Below, one piece after another: positions 58,013 through 64,000 of a stretch of 64,000 nucleotides of DNA; the first letter of the stretch is position 1; every line of letters starts with the position of its first letter. Source of the DNA: an uncultured Pseudomonadota bacterium. Its GTDB lineage: Bacteria; Pseudomonadota; Alphaproteobacteria; Rs-D84. The DNA lies in the NCBI GenBank assembly GCA_949298405.1, contig CASFWA010000002.1:10048-74047 (forward strand), in the 5' to 3' direction. The position numbers were made by a program, and so were the translations under genes. The notes beneath the pieces were generated by a model. It made no database searches, was not told where the DNA came from, and saw only the letters and a list, made by a program, of their open reading frames with translations.

Positions 58013-58876
58013 TTACAACTTAAATTCTGTGTTCGCAGTAAACGGTCTGAACCCCTGCCCCAGTGGTCTAACAGGTGAAGGCAATGCACAAATTGCACCC
58101 GCAACTGCATCAATACCATCATCATGACCACTGCTTCCTAGTGGTGTCCAACCTAACATTTCCGATAAAAGAGGCGTAAATTGAACGCTACGATGAGCAT
58201 GCAACCTGCCCGTTGTCAAAATAGGTTCTATTGCATCTAAGATTCTATTTTCTTTATTCTTGTTATTTAAAATCTTCTGAACTTGAATTTTTATACCGCG
58301 CTGTTTAGCGACTGTTCTCATTATCTCTGGCAGCGCGTTTCCCATACCATTTGTTTCTATATAAATTTTATATAAAGAATGCTTTAATAAAAAATCTAAG
58401 GCCATTTCACACTGACGAGCCAATGGATAATTATCTTCATCAGAAACCAGCAAATATTTAATATCATGTATAAAAAAATGTTTATTCTTATCATCTCGAT
58501 ATATCAATACGCAAACACTGCCGTCTGATTTCCTTCGCCCAGACGACGGGTCCCAGTATGCAGTAACACCTGTTATAAAAAATTCTCCTATCTTTGCATT
58601 TCGTGGTTCAAAATCTTCGTCATATAGATGCAAAGAGTCTGGGTCAAGACGTGCCCTGTCTGGTGCGACAAACCGCAACATCATCTGAGCAGAAAAGTAC
58701 CTTTCCCCAACCGTTTTTCGCAATTCTTCTATTTTTTCTATTGAAAACAGCTCTGGCCATGCCGGTTTTCCGTCAGAATCAATTATTGGTATCCTTAATT
58801 CCCTAAAACCGTTCAAAAAAGGCGTTGAAAAAGCAAAATTTTTATATAACATATCTGACATGGACTTCACTCCCAA
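58013..58876 (-). CDS. large terminase subunit, C-terminal nuclease half (fragment of a split gene)
   Basis: 287 aa. PAWPELFS...GERYFSAQMM linker, then RNase-H-like nuclease motifs TAYWDPSS, SVCVLIYRDD, IYIETNGMG and HDDGIDAVAGA. The ATPase half is missing from this ORF and is found at 62190-62798. Confidence 0.7.
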   Translation of the reverse strand: MGVKSMSDMLYKNFAFSTPFLNGFRELRIPIIDSDGKPAWPELFSIEKIEELRKTVGERYFSAQMMLRFVAPDRARLDPDSLHLYDEDFEPRNAKIGEFFITGVTAYWDPSSGRRKSDGSVCVLIYRDDKNKHFFIHDIKYLLVSDEDNYPLARQCEMALDFLLKHSLYKIYIETNGMGNALPEIMRTVAKQRGIKIQVQKILNNKNKENRILDAIEPILTTGRLHAHRSVQFTPLLSEMLGWTPLGSSGHDDGIDAVAGAICALPSPVRPLGQGFRPFTANTEFKL

Positions 58877-60410
58877 AACCTTGCCAACGAATTTAGAAGC
58901 AGAACAGGCTGTTCTGGCCGCGGTTCTTATGAATAACCGCGCATTGGAAAAGGTTTCTGAATTCCTAAAACCTGAGCATTTTTCTCATCCTGCACACCAA
59001 GAAATTTATAAACTTGCAGAAAGACAATTCGCTTCTGGGGTTCCTTTTGACATAATCACCGCAAAAAACTATCTGGACCAACAAGGTGTTTTGGAATCTG
59101 TCGGTGGTATCGATTATTTAACTCAACTATCTAGCGCAGGTGCAACTGTTGTAAATGTTGAACAATATGGTCGCATTGTTTATGAAAATGCTTTACGTCG
59201 TGATTTGATAAATCTTGGTCAATCTATTACTGATGCTGCTTTTGTCGAAGACTTGGACAACCCTGTTTCTGCACAAATAGAAACAGCCGAACAAAAACTT
59301 TTTGAAATGGCTTCTGCTGGTGTTTCAGAACGCGAAGTATCTTCTATCGCTACCGCATTGCAAAGTGCTTTATTAGAAGCAGAAATCGCCTATAAAGCAG
59401 ACGGTAAATTATCAGGTCTGACAACTGGTTTAACTGCATTGGATAAATCTATTAGTGGTCTGCATCACTCTGACCTTATAATAATCGCAGGTCGTCCCGC
59501 GATGGGTAAAACCACCCTTGCGATGAATATCGCTTTTAACGCGGCGAACGCTATTCTTTACGGGCGCGCGAACGAAAAATATAAGGGGGCTGTTGCTTTC
59601 TTTAGTCTTGAAATGTCTGCGTCTCAGTTGGCGGCACGTGTGCTGTCTTCACAATCAAAAGTACCTGCATCGTCTATGCGCGAAGGTAATCTGACTGATG
59701 AAGACTTTTTAAAAATGTCCCAGTATTCTGCGGCTATCGGTAAAGTGCCACTGTTTATAGATGACACACCTGGTATGTCTGTACCTATGATTAGAACACG
59801 TGCAAGAAGGCTTGCAAGAAAATGTGGCGGTATCGCGCTTATTGTTATTGACTACTTGCAACTTATGACTTCACCTGGTGGTAAACGAAGCGAAAACCGC
59901 GTTCAAGAAATTTCAGAAATTACCCGTGGTCTTAAAATGCTTGCAAAAGAACTGGACGTTCCTGTCATCGCACTATCACAATTATCACGTAGTGTTGAAT
60001 CGCGTGATGATAAACGCCCGCAGTTGGCAGACTTGCGTGAATCTGGTTCCATTGAGCAAGATGCTGATATTGTTATGTTTACTTACCGTGAAGAATACTA
60101 TCTTGAAAATCGTGACCCTTCACAAAGAATTTCTGGTAATACAAACGAAAAAATTATCGAAAGTTATCAGAAACGGTTGGAACGCGCACGCGGTAAGGCA
60201 GATGTTATAATCGGTAAAAACCGTCATGGCAGACCTGAAACTGTACGTCTTGCTTTCTTCGGAGATTACAGTTTGTTCGACAACCTCGACGAGATGGAAG
60301 GAAGACCTGTTGAAGAGTTCTCTTCTTCACCCGCACAAATATCAGATGTTTCAGATTTCCAACCTGAACCCATCGATACAAACGAAATTCCTGACGATAT
60401 GCCACTGTAA
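58860..60410 (+). CDS. dnaB: replicative DNA helicase DnaB
   Basis: 516 aa. N-terminal DnaB domain, Walker A GRPAMGKTT, and a full RecA-like C-terminal domain. It overlaps the terminase-C start by 17 nt, on the opposite strand. Confidence 0.9.
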   Translation: MDFTPKTLPTNLEAEQAVLAAVLMNNRALEKVSEFLKPEHFSHPAHQEIYKLAERQFASGVPFDIITAKNYLDQQGVLESVGGIDYLTQLSSAGATVVNVEQYGRIVYENALRRDLINLGQSITDAAFVEDLDNPVSAQIETAEQKLFEMASAGVSEREVSSIATALQSALLEAEIAYKADGKLSGLTTGLTALDKSISGLHHSDLIIIAGRPAMGKTTLAMNIAFNAANAILYGRANEKYKGAVAFFSLEMSASQLAARVLSSQSKVPASSMREGNLTDEDFLKMSQYSAAIGKVPLFIDDTPGMSVPMIRTRARRLARKCGGIALIVIDYLQLMTSPGGKRSENRVQEISEITRGLKMLAKELDVPVIALSQLSRSVESRDDKRPQLADLRESGSIEQDADIVMFTYREEYYLENRDPSQRISGNTNEKIIESYQKRLERARGKADVIIGKNRHGRPETVRLAFFGDYSLFDNLDEMEGRPVEEFSSSPAQISDVSDFQPEPIDTNEIPDDMPL

Positions 60411-60478
60411 TCATTTTGTGCTTGATAAACCTCTAAAAATTGACTAATATTTTGTCAAGAAATTCAAGGGGTTTTACA

Positions 60479-61486
60479 ATGGCTCAAGAAGAAATCATCT
60501 TTCCAAATAATATAAGAAATATTCGTCTGGCAAACGGCATGAAAATGACCGAGTTGGCACGTCAGGCAAACTTATCCCTGTCCGCTGTTTCAAAAATTGA
60601 AAAAGGCGTACGTCGCTTGAACCAAAAACAACTGTTAAATATATGTAATATTCTTGGTTGTAAATTATCTGACATTTTCATCAAGGAATCTGATGAAGTT
60701 GCTAATCAGTGGCAAGACGAAATTAAACGCCGTCTAACCGATAATGAAGATAGCGGTTTAAAAATATTCGGAAGCGGTCTGCGTAAAATTCGTCAGCAAT
60801 CTGGTAAAACTATCGCCCAAGCCGCAAAAGATGCAGGTATGACATTGTCCGTATACCATAAAATAGAAGTCGGACAACGTGAAATTTACCAGAATGAAAT
60901 TGAACCTTTGGCAAACTCATTTAAACTTACCGCGGAGACTTTGTTCGATAAAATCGCAAACTTATATAAATCTGGCGAACTTAATAAACAAATTAACAAA
61001 GTCAAAGAACGCGTAAAATCTGTACTTATCCCAGGGAATCCTTTATCTGGTATCGATATGCATAGCAGTTTATACGGTGCAAAATTATATGATAGCGCAC
61101 GTAAAAAGTTAGTACCTGTTTTCGGCACACCTGATGGCAAGGCTATCGCATTCAAAAAATCTGACAAGACAATGATTGTAGCCCCGATGATGTTAGAAGG
61201 TCGCAAAGGGATTTATGCAGTTATTCCTAATTCTAAACGTTTGAGTGGTTTCATACCTGAAAAATCTTATCTTTTCGTTGATTCCGAAACACCTGCACAA
61301 GTTGGCGACTTGGCAATATGTATCGATACAGATTTTGAATCAATTGATGCCGAAGAAACTGCAACCGCACAGGTGGTTAGTGTCAAACAAGATTCAAAAG
61401 GTAAAATATACGGACAAATATCTTCACCAGAAGAAAAAATTGTCGGCAAATCTTTACATAAAGTCGTTATGATTGTTATGGAATAA
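60479..61486 (+). CDS. tandem-HTH (XRE-family) transcriptional regulator with cI/LexA-like C-terminal domain
   Basis: Two HTH_3-like segments (IRNIRLANGMKMTELARQANLSLSAVSKIEKG and LRKIRQQSGKTIAQAAKDAGMTLSVYHKIEVG) and a C-terminal beta-rich domain. A GDSM-type Ser/Lys dyad is not clearly present. The ORF track starts at 60440. Confidence 0.55.
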   Translation: MAQEEIIFPNNIRNIRLANGMKMTELARQANLSLSAVSKIEKGVRRLNQKQLLNICNILGCKLSDIFIKESDEVANQWQDEIKRRLTDNEDSGLKIFGSGLRKIRQQSGKTIAQAAKDAGMTLSVYHKIEVGQREIYQNEIEPLANSFKLTAETLFDKIANLYKSGELNKQINKVKERVKSVLIPGNPLSGIDMHSSLYGAKLYDSARKKLVPVFGTPDGKAIAFKKSDKTMIVAPMMLEGRKGIYAVIPNSKRLSGFIPEKSYLFVDSETPAQVGDLAICIDTDFESIDAEETATAQVVSVKQDSKGKIYGQISSPEEKIVGKSLHKVVMIVME

Positions 61487-61512
61487 TCTTTATACTGTAG
61501 GGGGGATACAAA

Positions 61513-62193
61513 ATGAAAACTAAAATTAGTGTGACAGCACAAAGATTATTAAATTTATATCGCCAAGAACACGTAATTTTTGGTGGTTGGGCTGCCGTTA
61601 ATTCTGTATTTATAAAAGAAGCAACCCCCGAAGTTCTGAAAGAATTACGAGATATGCCAACTGGTAAAAACCTAATAAAGCATATTGAAAATCTACGCAG
61701 TGGAAAAACCCCAATGGATTCTATTGAACGTGACTTACTTCCTTATGGTGGTATGATGACCGAAAGTGTCGCAACCATTTATTTGACCCCAAGCGAGTGG
61801 GAAGAATTAGAAACGGGAATCAACAACTTTATTCCTACGGAAGAGGGATTGAACACTTTACAACAATTAAACATTGTAAAAAAATTCGGGGACCAATGGT
61901 TAGTTGCAATTAAAGCGGCTCTGGCTGCTAGACCAGAATTATTAGAAAAATGGTCTGTTGTCAAAAAAACTTATCGCGCATACTACTTATGGAAAGTCGC
62001 CAGTGACATGATTAATCAACCTTTGTCCGAACGTGCACGCGCCCAATTACAAGCAGATATGCCTGAATATGAAACATATCTTCCAATGTTCGGTAATGAA
62101 GGCACAGAACTATTAGAAAAATTACGTTCCTTCATCACAACCATGAAACCTATTGATACCGATAACGCACCAGATGCGCCAACGTCTATTTAA
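61513..62193 (+). CDS. hypothetical protein
   Basis: 226-aa ORF. Its stop overlaps the stop of the convergent terminase-N fragment by 4 nt. Confidence 0.4.
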   Translation: MKTKISVTAQRLLNLYRQEHVIFGGWAAVNSVFIKEATPEVLKELRDMPTGKNLIKHIENLRSGKTPMDSIERDLLPYGGMMTESVATIYLTPSEWEELETGINNFIPTEEGLNTLQQLNIVKKFGDQWLVAIKAALAARPELLEKWSVVKKTYRAYYLWKVASDMINQPLSERARAQLQADMPEYETYLPMFGNEGTELLEKLRSFITTMKPIDTDNAPDAPTSI

Positions 62194-62798
62194 GAAAACT
62201 CTTCTTTTGTTCTATAAATCGTGTCCATTGTATGTGGGGTGCCAATGTATATCATCGAACCAGTCGGAGATAAAATAAAATCCAATTCCCGCAGTCGTTC
62301 TCTTAACGCTTCCCGTTTCTGAGCGGTATTACATGTATTTGGCACCTCTACATCATCGCAAATTATTAAGTCAGCACGCATACCAGTTATATTTCCATGT
62401 ACACCCTGACAAATTACAGAAGGCTCACGAATACCTATTGGTCTGTTTACCGTTATTCTGCCCTGTGCCCACTCTTTCTTTACATTAGGCACTAAATCCA
62501 CACAACGCGGATGATTTTCTAGTATATGCCGAATATGAGCCACCATACGCGAAGATAAACCACTTTCTGCAGATAATATTAAAATCCTAGTTTCTGGTCT
62601 AAGATACAATGCACATGCTGCAAAAATCCCCACAACTGTAGATTTTCCAGAATGACGAAATGCCATTAACAAACCTTTATGAGGTTCTTCATCTAAAACG
62701 GAAACCAGAAATTTCATAATTTCTTTATGATGCGAAGGTGTTGTAAACCCAAGAACTTCGTTCCATTCATCTAAAAAATTATAAAAGTCCGTAATCAT
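62190..62798 (-). CDS. large terminase subunit, N-terminal ATPase half (fragment of a split gene)
   Basis: 202 aa. Walker A AFRHSGKST, Walker B ADLIICDDVE, and IYIGTPHTMD (the conserved GTP..H segment after the coupling motif). Ends in a stop; no nuclease domain. Confidence 0.7.
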   Translation of the reverse strand: MITDFYNFLDEWNEVLGFTTPSHHKEIMKFLVSVLDEEPHKGLLMAFRHSGKSTVVGIFAACALYLRPETRILILSAESGLSSRMVAHIRHILENHPRCVDLVPNVKKEWAQGRITVNRPIGIREPSVICQGVHGNITGMRADLIICDDVEVPNTCNTAQKREALRERLRELDFILSPTGSMIYIGTPHTMDTIYRTKEEFS

Positions 62799-63360
62799 CT
62801 TTTGTTTCGTTTGGCGCAGGCTCTGTTATACTTCCATAATCATTGATTAACTTAGGTAATGCGTTATCTAATACAGATAACAGATTGTTATATAACCCCA
62901 GTACACTACCACCTGATAATTTATCTTCTATAACCTGAAGGTTATAATTTAAAAAGTTCATCACATTATCGTGTATATTCGCCCATTCAGTTAAATTAAT
63001 ATCTATGGAATGTAAATCCTTAAATGCTTCTAGTAAAAAATTAAAATCTGAATTTAAACTTTCAGGGTCTATCTTCGATGTCGGCTGATAATCTACAACA
63101 CGTGACAAAGAAATCTGACGAAATATATCTATCTTACTTCCTTCTGATGGGGCAGTAGAAAAAATAACCGTACCACCGTCAAAATCATCATTGGCATAAA
63201 CAGAGTATAAAGTATCTGATACAATCTTTTCGTCTATGGCAACCCTTATATCTGCATCTTGAAAAAATGGAAATGCGAATAAAAACTCAGATGTCGTGCC
63301 GTCACCAACATAAGATATTTTATACATAATCGCCCCCTTTTTACCCCAATAAATCGTCAA
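62779..63360 (-). CDS. phage-like hypothetical protein; N-terminus resembles the podovirus tail-fibre N-terminal motif
   Basis: 193 aa. KISYVGDGTTSEFLFAFPFF parallels the T7 gp17 N-terminus (LTYQLDGSNRDFNIPFEY). Weak. Confidence 0.3.
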   Translation of the reverse strand: MTIYWGKKGAIMYKISYVGDGTTSEFLFAFPFFQDADIRVAIDEKIVSDTLYSVYANDDFDGGTVIFSTAPSEGSKIDIFRQISLSRVVDYQPTSKIDPESLNSDFNFLLEAFKDLHSIDINLTEWANIHDNVMNFLNYNLQVIEDKLSGGSVLGLYNNLLSVLDNALPKLINDYGSITEPAPNETKDDYGLL

Positions 63361-63688
63361 ATCTGTCTAATATAGATTTCAATAAATTAGGTTTTGACGC
63401 TTTTATCTTGTTAAGTTTTTCCGCGTTGTTTTTACGCTTTGTTTCATAGGGTTCTTCTGTTTCTTGTTTCAATCTTTTTAATACTGCACCTTCTGTCATA
63501 CTTTTCCCAGACATACCTGATGCACCATACTTTGCACGCTGAGTCGCCAAAGTTTTCTTTACTAAATTAGTCTTCTCTTTTTCATCGGCCGCCATGTCAG
63601 CAAGAACTTTCTGACGTTCTGTTTCTGCTTCTTTCTTTGATTTTTTATAATCTAAAATATCTGTCACATCTGATACAAGTTGTCCCAT
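63341..63688 (-). CDS. hypothetical charged/coiled-coil protein (phage-like region)
   Basis: 115-aa ORF overlapping the downstream gene by 20 nt. Confidence 0.35.
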   Translation of the reverse strand: MGQLVSDVTDILDYKKSKKEAETERQKVLADMAADEKEKTNLVKKTLATQRAKYGASGMSGKSMTEGAVLKRLKQETEEPYETKRKNNAEKLNKIKASKPNLLKSILDRFDDLLG

Positions 63689-63706
63689 GATTTTCTCCCT
63701 TGTTTT

Positions 63707-63919
63707 TTAAACTAGATAATATCCATACATGCTTACTGATAATACTGTTGCTGGTAATTGCTCGCTGCTTTTAATTGTCCATGGCGCTTCCATACAATTA
63801 CGTTGGATTCCAAATAAATTAATGGAAACATCCCCACTATACCCAAGCGAACTTTCCTCAAATACTTCATTAGGTAAATCTGCCCGTGCATCATTTATAA
63901 ACAATGTCTTGGTATTCAA
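63707..63919 (-). CDS. hypothetical protein (phage-like region)
   Basis: 70-aa ORF. Further minus-strand coding sequence may continue to the window end. Confidence 0.25.
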   Translation of the reverse strand: MNTKTLFINDARADLPNEVFEESSLGYSGDVSINLFGIQRNCMEAPWTIKSSEQLPATVLSVSMYGYYLV

Positions 63920-64000
63920 AACACGCGCCGCTATTTTCCTTAATCTTATTTTACTTGCATTATGACCTGATGCGCGTAATGGTAATGCAGACGCACAGAA

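Noticed and set aside
58860-60410. Treating dnaB as an ordinary housekeeping locus
   Set aside because: Its immediate flanks on both sides are phage-type genes (split terminase and a cI-like regulator). The context is therefore reported as a finding rather than dismissed.
1-64000. CRISPR arrays or IS elements
   Set aside because: No series of regularly spaced short direct repeats and no transposase-like ORF with terminal inverted repeats was seen. The only mobile signature is the integrase-tRNA island.

Overview
This 64 kb window is an AT-rich Gram-negative chromosomal segment. Gene content and order (ackA; BepA-like M48/TPR protease; recG; ycgN-rph; rne; tRNA-His/tRNA-Ala; frr-uppS-cdsA-rseP-bamA; dnaB; tcdA; tatD) fit a proteobacterial, probably alphaproteobacterial, backbone, but the taxon cannot be fixed from sequence alone. 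Several accessory blocks are interleaved with this backbone. (1) 1-7.55 kb is a GC-richer integrative island carrying a partial hsdM, a YolD-like/UmuC pair, a DUF4143 AAA ATPase, a NUMOD4-HNH endonuclease and a tyrosine integrase; it ends in a 3' fragment of tRNA-Asn plus its terminator. (2) 7.6-10.2 kb is an extremely AT-rich module encoding a GIY-YIG/DUF4357 nuclease and two orphan ORFs. (3) 11.3-14.9 kb holds a Slam-like outer-membrane translocator flanked by two divergent paralogous surface-lipoprotein genes that share a near-identical inverted repeat. (4) 14.9-23.4 kb is a polysaccharide/LPS-type cluster with an MsbA-like ABC exporter, glycosyltransferase-like genes, an LbH acyltransferase and an unusual Rpe-like/PMI/HAD/nucleotidyltransferase-kinase gene set. 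(5) Next to tRNA-Lys, an m5C DNA methyltransferase precedes a secreted PLD-family nuclease, behind a promoter and tandem-terminator leader. (6) Two genes encode Mtd_N-like phage tail-fibre N-terminal domains. (7) 55-64 kb is a degenerate phage/GTA-like region. Its large-terminase gene is split into an ATPase half and a nuclease half, separated by a 3.3 kb opposite-strand cassette that contains the only dnaB in the window, a tandem-HTH cI-like regulator and a hypothetical gene. (8) 50.5-55.1 kb is a second glycosyltransferase cluster. Three complete tRNAs (Lys-TTT, His-GTG, Ala-GGC) and one tRNA-Asn 3' fragment are present. No CRISPR array, no rRNA and no IS transposase was recognised.
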